In this document: positions 1 to 12,520 of the stretch, piece by piece | Layout of the letters: each line of letters starts with the position of its first letter | Position numbering within the stretch: the stretch's first letter is position 1 | Source of the DNA: Hyaloraphidium curvatum SAG 235-1 | Lineage: Eukaryota > Fungi > Monoblepharomycota | Direction: 5' to 3' | Assembly: GCA_025558095.1 (NCBI GenBank) | Contig: JAIVFI010000037.1 | Coordinates: 248,001 to 312,000, forward strand | Length of the DNA: 64,000 bases | Notes under the pieces: model-generated | The model's input: only the letters and a program-made list of their open reading frames with translations | Told to the model about the DNA's origin: nothing | The model's database searches: none | Translations under genes and position numbers: made by a program

Positions 1-1436
1 TCGAAGCGCATCTGGGGCGAGCTCTACAAGGTCATCGACTCGTCGGACGTGGTCATCCAGGTCCTGGACGCCCGGAACCCGATGGGCACGCGGTGCCGCA
101 ACGTGGAAAAGTTCCTAAAGGAGGACGCGCACAAGCACAAGCACATGATCTTCGTGCTCAACAAGTCGGACCTCGTGCCGACCTGGGTCACGGGGCGCTG
201 GGTCAAGATCCTGTCGCGCGAATACCCGACCATCGCCTTCCACGCCTCGGTCACCAACTCGTTCGGCAAGGGGTCGCTGATCCAGCTGCTGAGGCAGTTT
301 GCCAAGCTGCACTCGGACAAGAAGCAGATCAGCGTCGGGTTCGTGGGCTACCCCAACGTCGGGAAGAGCAGCATCATCAACACGGTCAGGGGGAAGGCGG
401 TCTGCAAGACCGCGCCGATCCCGGGAGAGACCAAGGTGGGTCAGCAACGGCTCGGTGGTTGTTGCCCTAGCTGACAACGAGTGTCGGCTTCCGTGGTCCA
501 CAGATCTGGCAGTACATCACGCTCATGAAGCGCATCTACCTCATCGACTGCCCCGGGATCGTGTATCCCTCCCCCGATGACTCGGAAACGGACATTGTGC
601 TCAAGGGCGTCGTTCGGGTCGAGAACCTGCCGAGCCCCGAGGAGCACATCGGCGAGGTCCTGGAGCGGGTCAAGCCCGAGTACATCCGGCGGACGTACGA
701 CATCGAGTCGTGGGACTCGCCCGAGGACTTTCTCGAGAAGCTGGCGCGCAAGTCGGGCCGGCTGCTCAAGATGGGGGAGCCAGACCTGGGGACGGTGGCG
801 AAGATGGTGCTGAACGACTGGTTGCGGGGCAAGATCCCGTTCTTCGTGGAGCCGCCGTGGGAAGGCGAGGAGGAGGGGGAGGAGGCCGAGGGCGGGAAGG
901 ACAAGGTCGCGGAGGAGGTGGCGGTCAAGCAGGACCTGAGGAAGCTGGCGGTACAGCCCGGCTTCAGCGAGGGCGACGCCGCCGGGCCCGACGGCGAGGC
1001 GGCCGCGGAGGAGCAGGAGGACGAGCTGGATTGGGACACTGTGCTGGCCAATGTGGAGGCCGAGGAGGTGCCAATGTCGGCGGCGCCCTCGGACGCGAAA
1101 GCGCCCAGCAAGGGGAAGAAGAGGGCGGCTCCGGAGGCCGATGAAGACGAGGATGAGGATGGGAGCGACTACGGATCCGCCGAGGAAGGCGAAAGCGGCG
1201 GGGAGGAGGAGGATGCGGACGAGGCTCGTTCCGAGTCGTCCGAGGACAGCGGGGCAGCGGATGCCGCCGAGGAGGTCGTTCAGATCCCGACGCGGAAGCA
1301 GCGGATGACGACCAGCAAACGGAAAGCGGGCAACTTCTACACCGTGGCCAACGTCAAGAACCGCAACCGCAAGAAGCTGAAGCCGAACCCCACGCCGCCC
1401 GCAAAGGGCAAGGTGGCGAAGAAAGGTCGGCGGTGA
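1..1436 (+). CDS. NOG2: Nucleolar GTP-binding protein 2 (circularly permuted GTPase), 5'-partial
   Basis: [59 protein letters not shown] motifs; intron 436-503 (GT...CAG); acidic/basic tail. Confidence 0.95.
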
Positions 1437-1574
1437 TCGGTGGAATGAATGTGGCTCCTGCATGGTTGAATACAATGGAACAGACGAACATCGTTAGCCG
1501 AAATGAAAGGAACCAAATGGTCGATTATGGGTGAGTATGTACAAGCATTCATCCAGTCCAAGAGTTGAATCGCA

Positions 1575-2565
1575 CTACCCTCCTTCCTTCCGCACCACGC
1601 CGTCCTCGTCCACGTACTCCCCCTTCTGCACCAGATCGTGGTCCCCGAAGGTCTCCTCCGTGTTCATGGCCTTGATCCAGTCGATCTCGAGCTCGAACGG
1701 GCCGGGCTGCCGCACGATGGAGAAGCCGACGGAGCGGACCTGCATCCGGTCCATCTCGATCTGCCGCTTCTGGATCCAGCCGTGGTTGGTGAGGAGGAAG
1801 TCGCGGAAGGGTATCTGCGGGGGTGCTGTCAGCGTCGCCCGGGCAGAGCCGGCAAGACGGCCCCACCATGATGGTCTCCCACTCCCCGGGCGTCTCAAAA
1901 AAGAGCCGGTGCTGGTACAGATCCTGTTCTATCGGCGAGTTGGTCTGCAGGTTGACGAACCATTGCCGCCCGTCGCCCCGACACCGGACGGCCAGGTAGC
2001 GGAAGAGGGTTGTGTCGAAGGAAGGGGTGTGGAAGAGGGTGAGCTGCTTCGGCTTGGCTTTGCAGGCCGCGTAGCCGAGGGCTTTGATGTTGCCCGGCAG
2101 CCCCGGCGGGACGTCGGTCGAGAGGTTGCCGCAGAACCGTCCTTGGGCCGACGCGTCAGCCCAGGTTCCGCGTCCCCGTGCCAGGCGGCCCACCCTTGTT
2201 CTCCGGCGTCAGCTCCAGCGTGGCCTCCGTCCGCCCGCCCATGTCCTTGTCGCTGCCCACGACCCAGTTGGCGAGGTCCGCCTGGGAGTTGAGCGTGTAC
2301 ATGGGGAGTTCTGCCCTCCATTCGCCAAAGTCCGTCTTGAAGGCTGGAGGTCCGGCACGGACCGCGATGAGTGTTCTCCAGAGTGCAGGGCGCGACGAGC
2401 GGGTACCAACACTTGGCCGTCTGCTTCCCGGCGTACCTGGAGGGAGGAGCGGGAAGGCGAGATCGGTGCCGTCAGCACACGCGTGCAGGACCTTCGGCGG
2501 GCCCGAACCGACTCCATAGACCGCTTCAGATATTGCCCCAAGCGACTCGCTGCCGCCGAGGCCAT
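1575..2565 (-). CDS. CIA30: Complex I assembly factor CIA30/NDUFAF1, multi-exon
   Basis: W..GSDKDMGG, YLAVRCRGDGRQWFVNLQT, DLYQHRLF, IPFRDFLLTNHG, GPFELEIDWIKA motifs spread over several short-intron-separated frames. Confidence 0.9.
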
Positions 2566-2662
2566 TTTCGCGGCTCGCAGCGGGGGGGGGGGGGGGGGGC
2601 GCGGGTTGTGTGGTTGCTTCCAATCCCTGCCGCGCCTCTTCAACCGCTGTCGCGTCGCCGGC

Positions 2663-5600
2663 ATGCCTCCGAAGGCAGCGCTCGCTGCCGCCGGGGCGGA
2701 GGGCGCGCCGCCGTGGTCGCCCGACGTGTTCGCGCGGCTGCTCGACGCGGTGACGGACGCGTTCACGTCGAAGTCGTTCGGCGTCCTCGGCGCGGCAAAG
2801 GACGCGTACAAGGCGAACCGCGACAGACTGCGGGCCGGCCTCGCGCACCCGCCGAGGGCCGACGCAAAGCGCGACGAGATCGCCAAGCATGGTGCGGACC
2901 GCGGGGCGGCGCCGAATGCTGGAAGGCACTCACCCCTTTCGCACCCCGTTCCAGGCAAGGCAACCGTCGGCGGCCGCGAGTACCGCGGCTCGGCCGCATT
3001 CAACTACAACGTGCTGTGCCTGTCCGACCTGCTGCACATGGACGAGGACTGGGCCGCGGCGATCCTGTTCCACGCGCAGTCGCGGATCGCAGAGTTCGGC
3101 GGCCGCTCGCTGCTGGCCACCGGCCTGGCAATGTTCCACGCCGAGCGCGCCGCCTGGGTCGAGGTCGTCATCTCCCTCGTGCTGGGCGCCCTGGACGACC
3201 GCGTGCCCGACGAGTCGCGCCAGCTGTTCGTGCACATGCTGCGGCCGCTCATGGGCGACCCCGTGTCGGGCAACGGCCTGCTCCGGACAGTCCTCGAGGG
3301 CCTGGACCAGGTCCAGGGCCAGCTGGCCAGGCTGGCGCAGGTCGTCGACGCGCCGGCGCCCGCCATGCCGCCGAACCCGCAGCAGACGCTGCTGGCGGCC
3401 ATCGGCGGCGCGGCCGTTGTCGAGGAGCACTCGGCCCTGTTCGAGGAGCAGCTGCGGCGGCTCAAGTACGCCGCGTGCCTGCTCGCGGAAAAGACCTCGC
3501 TCAACTACAAGGACGTGGTCTCGCTCCTGAAGCGGCTGCAGTCGGCCCAGGACGCGGGCGACGAGTACGCGGCCTCAGCCTGGCTCAGCGCGCTGATGCG
3601 CCAGAGCTCCGAATCGACTAGCCCGGCCGACGAGTCGCTGGCCGCCATGGCGGGCGACCGCGACTTCCTCATGCAGGCGAACGAGCTCGTGGACGGCGCG
3701 GGCTGGAGGAGCCAGGGGATGCGGCTCTTTGCAAAGATGTCGTGGTCGACGTACCTCAAGGGCTTCCAGCCTGTGAGCCATGCGATCCGCTGCCCTTCTT
3801 CCGTGCAAGCTGACGCCGCTCGCAGATTTACCTCACCCTCTACGACAGCATCGGACTCGTGCAGGAGAAGCTCGACCAGGGCGGCCAGGCCGCGATCGCG
3901 GGCGACATTGTCACCTTCATCCGCGAGCGGCTGCTGCAGCCGGCCGGCACTTCGGACGCCGACCCGGACACGGACCTCCGCGCCAAGTTCCTGCTCCCGA
4001 ACCTGCGCATGCTCTTGGAGCAGTTCATCCAGCGCTTCCCGCGCATCCTGCGCAGCCTCAAGGTCGCCGACGACGAGGCCGCGCAGATCGCCAGCGCCCA
4101 GGGGCGGCTGCAGGTGTCGCAGTCCGGCGGCATGGTCACCGCGCAGTCGGCCATCTCGGGAGGCGCGCGGCCCGACTTTACCAACTTTGTCGCGCTCATC
4201 TCGGAGCTCTACCGGGGCCAGGTCGACGCCGGGTGGGACTTTTGGAACGAGAACAGGCTGGTCAACTTCCTCAAGCTCGCGGCGGATTCGAGGTCCATGG
4301 TCACGCGCAAGGAGGTGCTCGGGATGCTCGGCGCGCTGGCTTCGGGCCCCCGGTCCTCGGAGAAGGCGTTCAACTTCCTCGGTGGCGCGCAGGCTATGGG
4401 CTTCGGGGGCCAGGGCGGGTACTCGTCGGGCCTCAGCTGGTACACCCTGTTCCAGGCGCTGCAGACCTATGCGCAGCTGCTCAGTCCGGCCAACACCGCG
4501 GTCGGGCTGCCGGACGAGGAGGTGGCCCTCGTGTCTTGCTTCCTGTCGGTGCTCACGCAGGTTTGTGCATGCAAAGTCAGGACCCCCGACCCTATCTCAC
4601 GCCTCGTCGCTTCCAGGTCGCCACGTATAACGCGGCTGCCCGCACAATCCTTTCGCAAGCCCGGGGCTTCGATTCCCTCGTCATCCTAGTGACCTGCGGA
4701 CTTCCCGTGAGCCTCAAGGCGTCTCTTCTGGACTCGCTTGCCGCCTTCTGCGTCGGAAGGGGCGAAAACATTGCCGAGCGCGTGTTCGGTCTGATCGAGA
4801 CCCACCAGCTCCTTCAGACCCACGGGATTCCGCTGAACGGACAGATGACCACCGGCCTCGTCGTGGACCTGGAGCAGATCGAGGTTGCCAGCATGCGCTA
4901 TCCGGCGACGGGAGCCTTTGTCGAGCTGCTGACGACCCTCATGGTCACCACCGGGGGCGTCGGGCCGGCTTTGGACAACCTGGGCAGCGGTCGGCGAAAG
5001 CCGGGCGTCTGGCCCTACGTCGACTACGTCGTGGACCAGGTGCTCCTCAAGCTCCGGTCGCGGAGCTACGTCGACCCCAAGGAGCGGTGGAAGCTGCAGG
5101 AAAAGTGCTTCCGGTTCCTGGAGACCTGTCTTGCCAACATGAGCTTCAGGGTATCGGGAAACCAGGGGCGGGACCGCAACGAGTTCCTGGGCAAGCCGGG
5201 AAACGCGGACCAAATCGACGTCAGCGCCGTCCTCTACCATGCTGGGTTCCAGGTCATGACCAAAACCCTCTCGGGCCCCAAATTCAGGCTGCTCGAGGAG
5301 TTGCTCGACGTGCTCAGGGGCGGCGTGGAGGCGGTGAACAGGAACCTGCTTGGCACCGCCGACTACCGCACGTGCTGCCTGCATGCCCTCCGCATCGCTC
5401 ACAAGATCTCGGAGAACCAGCGCCCTTTCGTTGATGCCTGCAGCATTCTTTCGGCGTCCGGCGTCGAGCCGCCGTTTGCCTCGAACCTCCCTTCCAACAT
5501 CACCACGCTCGACCAGTTCATGTTCTACCGCAACGATGTCGTGGCCAAGCTCGCGGGCTTCGTGGCGTGCACAGTCGACGATGAGATCGGCTGGCTCGCT

Positions 5601-8600
5601 GTCAGGTTGTTGCACTTCATCAGCTTGGCGCCGGATTTCGGAGGACCGGGCCAGGGCGGGCGGGCTGGAGCCGGTGCGTCGGGCGGCAACAGGATCAATC
5701 GCCTCGTCAGCGTCATCCGACAGAGTCCGGACCGAGACGCCATCATCCAGGGTTTCGCGGACCGCTTGGACGTCGAAGATGCCGCAGACGACGTTGCCGA
5801 GCCCGCGCTGGACGGACCCGCCGAGGACGGCGACCAGTTGGTCCAGCGGAACGTCGATGGTCTCGGGCCGGACGGCCGCGCGAAACCCAAGCCGTCCGTG
5901 AGGTCCGCCATTTTGGACTTGTTGCTCGACAACCTGGGACCGCAAGTCGTTGCGCCCTCCGTGGCGCACTTGCTGCTCGGTTTCGATGTCCAGCGCTCGC
6001 TGGCACATTCGACCCTCCTGAATCCGAAGAAGAACCCCTCGGTGACGCTCAACTCGCTGCACGTCATCGTCGACCTGATCCAGCGCGGGACGAACGAGGC
6101 GCTTTCCAAGGTGGCGTCGTGGGAGCAGATTATCTGGATCCGGCAGCCGTTGCTTGCAGAGAAGTGCTACCACCTCATCTACGCGCTCTGCTCGGACCCC
6201 CAAACATCGAACGCGACGCTTCAGTACCTGCGCGCTGAGGACGTGCTTGTAAAGCAGCTCGATCTACCTCCCTCGGCAGCCTTCGCGCGGGAACTGTTTT
6301 CAGACGACATGGACCAGGGAGAGGAGGTTGCAGGGGAGGCTTTGATGACGCTGTGCCGCGCCTGGCTCTTGCGTACTGTCGCCCTGGAACTCCGCAACCT
6401 TTCACAGGCGTCGGAAAACCCGGCGCTGGGCAAGCTTCTAAAGGTACTCGAGCCCGCGCCGCCGTTGCATAACTGTGCTCATGTTTCGCGTCTCCAGGTG
6501 CTGTACCAGGTCGGCTCGGGCCAGGCAAATGGCCCCAATGGGTCCACGCCCTCGTCCTCGGGGCTGCCGAGGATGCTTGAGCTCGCGCAAAACTTTGAAA
6601 TGGGCACCATTGAGCTGGCCCCGTTGCCGCGAGGAACCCGCGTTTCCGAGGACGAGGCTTCGATGTATCGCTACGAGGACTCGCGCGGATGTCCGGTGTA
6701 CGATGTGCCGTCCCTGGCGCTCCTCTTGACTGCGCGAAGGCCCGAGGACAGGCTTGGGGGCGGGCAGACGGTGCAAGATCGGGAGATTCTCCAGCTTCTC
6801 GAGGTCTTCGTCGTGCGGAATCGCCAGTACGAGTCGCAGTTTGCGCGACAGCTTTCCATGAAAGCCTGGGCCGAGATCGTCGAGGTCAGCCTGAGCGATG
6901 AATGCTATCCGAGGATTCCCGGCCCCGAGAAGCACATCCTCGTCTACGACATGTGCACCGCCGTGCTGCCTCGGTTGGCTGAAGACGACACGGACCCTGA
7001 CATTGTTGAAGACCTCTCGCGCGCGGTTCTCAGCATGGTGGTCAAGCTGGGGGCCAAGGATTCTTCCGACCGGGGATCTGGAGCGAACGGACCCAACAAC
7101 GCCCTGTCACTTGACATGATGGCCACGCTCGTGAAGCAGCTCATCGGGGTGCTGACGAAGAGCACGCTGAAGAGCGGTGCAAAGGGCGACCTTACCAGCG
7201 CCTTGCTGCGCTTCATGCAGGATATTGCCATGCCGCCAGCGGATGCGCGAGCTGCACCTGGTGCGAAGCGCGGTGATTCCGGTGAAGCCGACGACGAAAC
7301 CGTTGGTCGGAGTTCGGCACTTGCCATCAGGCAGACGGGAACGCTGGCGACCATCTATCGGCTTGTGGACCAGACTTCGGCGAGACTCGTGGAACTTCTG
7401 TGCTCGATGGCCCTTGATGCGCGCGAGGACATTTGGAAGGCAACAGCCCTGGCCGCCCTGGACTCCGTCCTTGGTCTATACCAGTCCCACACGGACAACA
7501 CAGAGCGCGTGGTTCATTTCATCAACCAGAGGAACTTCATCGGCCTCCTCGTCGAGACCATCAGGCGCGATGATTTCGCACTTCAGCAGCTGGTTCACAC
7601 GTACGAAGCTGGTAAGCAGCCGTTCCGTATGCCCATCCGGGTTGGTTGTTGACTCGGCTCGCAACGCAGATTCCCTCAACCCCCTCTCACTCTACCTCCA
7701 AAAGATGTCTCTGCTTTGTCGGCTCTGCTTGAAACGCGAAGGCGCTGACAAGCTCGTTGAGAACGGGTTGATCGAGGCCCTCACGGACAGCCGTGTCTTG
7801 GACATGAAGCCCGATGTCGATCTCACCCCTGACTGTGTGTTCGGTCGTCTTTTCCCCGGAATCGGTTGCTGATTAGTGTTTCCAGCTATGGAGCATGCCA
7901 TCGGCCTTGCCGAACGCTTCCACCGCATCTTCCTGCCCGCCGTACGCCTGGTGAGCTCCATCCTCTCGCGAGTCGGACGGGACAACGTTGATGCGGCACG
8001 CCGGGTTCGTTGTGCCGGGCGGGAGCAAATGTGTCGCACCTTACGCGGTAACATTGCAGGCCACAGCGTTCATCATGGGTCACCAAGACGTCCTGCTCTC
8101 GATACTGAAGGATCGAACCGCAGCGATCACCTTGCTAAACCTCGAGCAGCTCGAATGCATCACTTTCCTGTGCTCCATGTTGGCCGGTCGGTCTGACTTC
8201 ACAGCACGCACGGGTTTCCTCCACTTCCACCTCATCGGCCTGCTTGCCAAGTACTCTGACACTTCACGCTGGATGCCGCGACTGCGGCCGGTCGGCTCGG
8301 GACAGGCGGAGCGGCATGCGGAACCCGTGGCCGGTACGCGCGCTCTGTGGCGTTTCGGCGCTCAAACTAATAGCACACGTTTCGCAGGATCGCGCGGCGC
8401 GTTGACTCCTTTCCAACGGGATGCCAGCCGGGTCGTGCGGAATATCTGTCGCAACATCCTTTCCTACTGCCAGAACTTCGCCGACAGCCGGTCTGATCAC
8501 ACGCAGACCTTCGTTCCTGTCTTTGCACTTTCGACCAACATTCCGGACGACATCTGTGAGTTGTCCGGCGAGCGCGTCGTGTTTTCCAGCTTCTGACCTC

Positions 8601-9334
8601 CGCTTCGTAGCTTACGCGCCAGCGACGCCAACGCTCGGCACGCTCATACAGTACACTGCCTCGGCCACAGATGATCTAGCACAGGCGCTGGAGGACCATA
8701 AACGTTACTCGGCGAAGGTCAAGGATCTCAGTGAAGGGCGCACGCCGGCACCCGCGGACCTGGACGATGTCCTGGGTCCCAAGGCGGTAGCGTCCCTCGA
8801 GCCCGCAGAGAAGAACAAGGCGTACGGGAAGGAGATCCGCAGAATGGCCAGCGATCTGACCAAGGACATTCTCGCTCTGCTCTGTCAGTTGCCGCGCGCA
8901 GCGGCTCATTCGGTGCTGACACGCGGGACCCGTCCAGATATCATCGAGCACAGCCTGTTGCAGATCTATCGGCACGTCGAGTTCTGCCACGCAATCGTCG
9001 GGGGTCGCGCGGATTACCCGTCGGCGGCTCTGGCGACGAGGCGGCCTTTCGTGGGTGGTGCGGCCGAAATGGAGGACCTGCAACGGCTCCGACGGGAGCT
9101 GAGCAGCCGCCCTTCGACCCTGCGTGACGTGCTGGACCGATTAGGTCGTCTGGACATGGTGAGAAGCGCTTCGAACACCGCCTTTGGACCGGAGCTGATG
9201 AGGACCCCGCAAATCAGAGCCAGGACGTCGGCGGCAGGCAGCTCAGGAGTCGCAACACATTTATGCAAATGCTCTTGCGACGATCGCGGGATCTGCTCAA
9301 CCTCGACTCCGCCGGTGACATGCTGGAGGACTAG
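2663..9334 (+). CDS. NUP192: Nucleoporin Nup192/Nup205, multi-exon
   Basis: LSDLLHMDE, LEQIEVASMRYPATGAFVELL, LDNLGSGRRKPGVWPYVDYV, PSVAHLLLGFD, LAEKCYHLIYALCSDP; last exon ...FMQMLLRRSRDLL...ED* ending at 9334. Confidence 0.92.
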
Positions 9335-9606
9335 AGGATATTGCACCCGCCACTCTTTGCCTGGAGATACGGATTGTTGGCAAACTCGGGCATGTTCGGG
9401 GTCACGAACGGGTCGGGGTGCGATTTGACGTAGGCAACGAGGCTGAGAAGGCGAGAAGAAGACTGTAAGCGCTCGGACACGGGAAGAGACCAGGGGATGG
9501 ATGCGGACCTTTTGCTGGCCTCGGAAATCTTGATCCGCGGCAGAAGCTCGTCAGCCCTGAGCTTCTCGTTGACCTGGAGGAGTTTCTGCAGCTTAAGCTC
9601 CGACAT
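9331..9606 (-). CDS. Heterotrimeric G-protein gamma subunit
   Basis: MSELKLQKLLQVNEKLRADELLPRIKISEASK...LVAYVKSHPDPF...NPY...GGCNIL (GGL domain plus CAAX); one in-frame intron at about 9445-9507. Confidence 0.88.
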   Translation of the reverse strand: MSELKLQKLLQVNEKLRADELLPRIKISEASKRSASIPWSLPVSERLQSSSRLLSLVAYVKSHPDPFVTPNMPEFANNPYLQAKSGGCNIL

Positions 9607-10005
9607 TCTGCTGGTTCTGGGTGTTACTGAGGGTTGAATGCCGGGCGTGGGCAGGACGCAGGGTGGAAGCGGTGACCGGCAGCGTTACCTCGGTAGCCCC
9701 GGTAGTGCCATCTCCAGGGCACGGAAACGGACAATCTCACCTATATGAATGAAGCAGCTTGCGTGACGGGGCGCCGCCTGATGACTTCTTTGCCGGGTTG
9801 GTGCGCTCCGAATTGCGGGTTGCAAACGTCGCTGGCGTCGCCGCAACTGATCACACCGAACCTTACCGCTTCCTTGCGGTGTAGCAGGAGCGCGACGGGC
9901 ACGGAATAACCCAAAGGGTCACTGCTCCAGGTTCGAACGCGGGAGTATTTCGGAGAGGATCCAGAGTATGATACACAGCGGGCATCCGCTACATGATCGA
10001 GGCGT

Positions 10006-10617
10006 CTAGATCTCGGCCAATTCCCTCAACCGCCGGACGGTTGACCGGACAGTGGCAGCAGCGGTCGTCCTGCACAAGCGCATGAGCGACGATGCCGACA
10101 GAGGCGGCGATGGAGAACACTCACGAGACGGTCCATGCTCCACCGGCCATGACCTTCTTGCACCCCTTGCACTCCCAGATACCGACGTTGGTCCGCTTCA
10201 CGCTGTCCTGTTTGTCGAAAGCGGCAGAGAGGTCCGATGAGCGACGTCCAAGAACTTCCCAGGTGCCGCCGCGACCCGCCGAGGCCACCTCCACGCCATG
10301 TGCGACCGCTCCACCACGAGTCACTCGGTCGCCAGAGACGGGCGGACTGCATCCTTCCTCGTCCAACCCAGCGCCGCAAGTGGTTGTGAAAGTCGGCCAA
10401 GCCAGCCCTCCCCCGCAGTCGCCCTCCACCACCACCGCGGGCCCCGCCGGCCCAAGACCGCCCGGCCAACTGCCTCGAAACCGACCTTTCCGCAAAAGGT
10501 GCAGGTGTAGCGCGCGTGCTGCGTGACCTCCATCTTCTTGATCTGCTTCCGCAGCGAGGCACCGTAGCGGGTGCCGTATTTGCCGGTGATTCCGACTTTC
10601 CGCGTGCGCTTGGCCAT
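10006..10617 (-). CDS. RPL43: 60S ribosomal protein eL43 (L37a)
   Basis: [44 protein letters not shown]|[25 protein letters not shown]; 2 introns. Confidence 0.97.
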
Positions 10618-10959
10618 GGCGAGGGAGAGGAACGGACTGTAGCAGACCCGTCAAGAGTCTGCCAAGGAATGGAGACGAGAGGAGGCTCACGAGGCGAGGA
10701 AGGGAGAGGAGGAGACGAGCGCGTTGGGGTGCCTGGCTGGTGCGGGCCGCACACAAAACAGACCTCTGAGGTCGAAATGTAATGGTTTGGTCACAGATAG
10801 GGCCAGACACTTTTACTGTTCGACCTTCGAGACTAAAGTCCCCGACTAGTGTGATTACATCAGTAGCTCATCCCGCCATCCACCGCGCCCTCGCCGTGCC
10901 CAAAGTAGTGTCCGGCCAGAGGCTGCTCCAGTCAGCCCCGGCGCCTCCAGCTCTAGCAG

Positions 10960-11788
10960 TCAGCAGTCAAACCAGGTCTCCTCCACGAATTCCAAAAGCG
11001 ATTTGTAGGCGGTTTCCAGGTCGTCGTTGACGATGATGGTGTCGTAGACGCCGTCCTGCTTCGCGTAGTCAATCTCCGTCTGGGCGGTGGCCAGCCGCTT
11101 CTGGATCGCCTCCTCCGTCTCGGTCTGCCGGCCCCGCAGCCGCCGCTCCAGCGTTTCAAAGTTCGGGGGCATGATAAAGAGGTACTTGGCGCCCAGGTCC
11201 GTGTTCTTGATGCTCTTCACGCCATTGGACTCGACGTCCAGCACGCAAATCCTCCCCTCGTTCTGGACGTCCTTGATCGCCTTGATCGACGTCCCGTACA
11301 GGTTCCCAGCAAACTCGGCCGTCTCGACAAAGCCGCCGTCGGCCTTGAGAGCGAGGAACTCGTCCCGGGTCACGAACCAGTAGTGCCTGCCATTCTCCTC
11401 CCCGGGCCGCGGTTTCCTCGTCGTATCTGAAGCATGGGCAGTACGCCATGGCAGGTGGCCGCAATTGAGGTCGGTCCGAACCGGGGGCAGTGGCACGGTC
11501 AGGGGACCCCGGGTGCGTGGCACATTGTGACCCACGAGAGACGCTCAGGCCGAAAGCTCCGTCATAGGACTTGAAGAGACGGGTCAAAAGCGTAGATTTT
11601 CCGCCTCCAGAAGGACCCGAGACGACGAGTGGCGCGGCTGGAAACCGAGGACAGCGTCCCTCGTCAGGAGAGAGCCCATTCAGCCCGGGACGCCGTCACC
11701 CGCCTTTCCCTGGCCGCCGTTTCTTCGGCTGGGGTACCGCCGGCAATTCTAGCGCCACTTCGGTGGCCACCTGCTGCTCCAGCGCCAT
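10960..11788 (-). CDS. GUK1: Guanylate kinase
   Basis: PLVVSGPSGGGKSTL, SVSHTTRKPRPGEENGRHY, FAGNLYGTS, LERRLRGRQTETEE, IVNDDLETAY; first intron appears to be GC-AG. Confidence 0.93.
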
Positions 11789-11875
11789 CCTCGCCAGCAA
11801 ACAATATGTTGTGCCCACGCGTCGATCATAGCCCGCCCGCGCCCGCCCTTCATTTCATCTCCTCCTCAGCGTGCG

Positions 11876-12448
11876 ATGGCCTCCAACATCATTCTCCAGG
11901 GGAAGTTCCGCGTCACGCAGATAGATGGTGGCAACAAGAAGCATTTCGACCGAGGTGCGTGTGCTCCATGCCCGGGTCGTTGCTGCGTGAACGAACGGTC
12001 CACTGCCCCAGTCTCGAGGATCAACAGCACCGCGGAGGACTACGACCTCAACCTGCGCATTGATGTGAACTCAGAGATATATCCGATGCACGTGGAGGAG
12101 CGCTTCACCTTCTGCTTGGCACACTCGCTGGCGGCCGACGCCAGCTCCGCGGGGGTGGAGCGAAAAGAGGTCTGGCGCGACGTGGGCGCCCCGGGGAAGA
12201 AGACGCTGGCGGACGACTTCGACTACGTGATGCACGGAAAGGTGTACCGCTACACGGACGTCGAGGGAGAGCAAGGGAGCCACGTGTGGGTCTGTTGACC
12301 GCCTCCCGAGGCTCTCCTGCTCACTCGCGTGCCCAGGGTCGTCCTCGTGTCTTTCGGCGGACTGCTCATGGCGCTGGAGGGCGATGGGAGACCGATCAGC
12401 GGCCTGGAGCTGGGACAGAACGTCTACGTCTTGATACGGAGATCATGA
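11876..12448 (+). CDS. RPB8: RNA polymerases I/II/III common subunit RPABC3
   Basis: KHFDRVSRI, LRIDVNSEIYP, LADDFDYVMHGKVY, VSFGGLLMALEG; 2 introns. Confidence 0.95.
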
Positions 12449-12520
12449 GCGAGGGTTGAGGGTTCAGGTCGGCACGGCACCGACGCCGAGCCAGGTATAC
12501 CAGCGTGGATACAGGCGATA

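Noticed and set aside
9778-9850. TGATGA...CTGA pair as a C/D box snoRNA
   Set aside because: Imperfect C box, no terminal stem, and no rRNA-complementary guide that I could recognise
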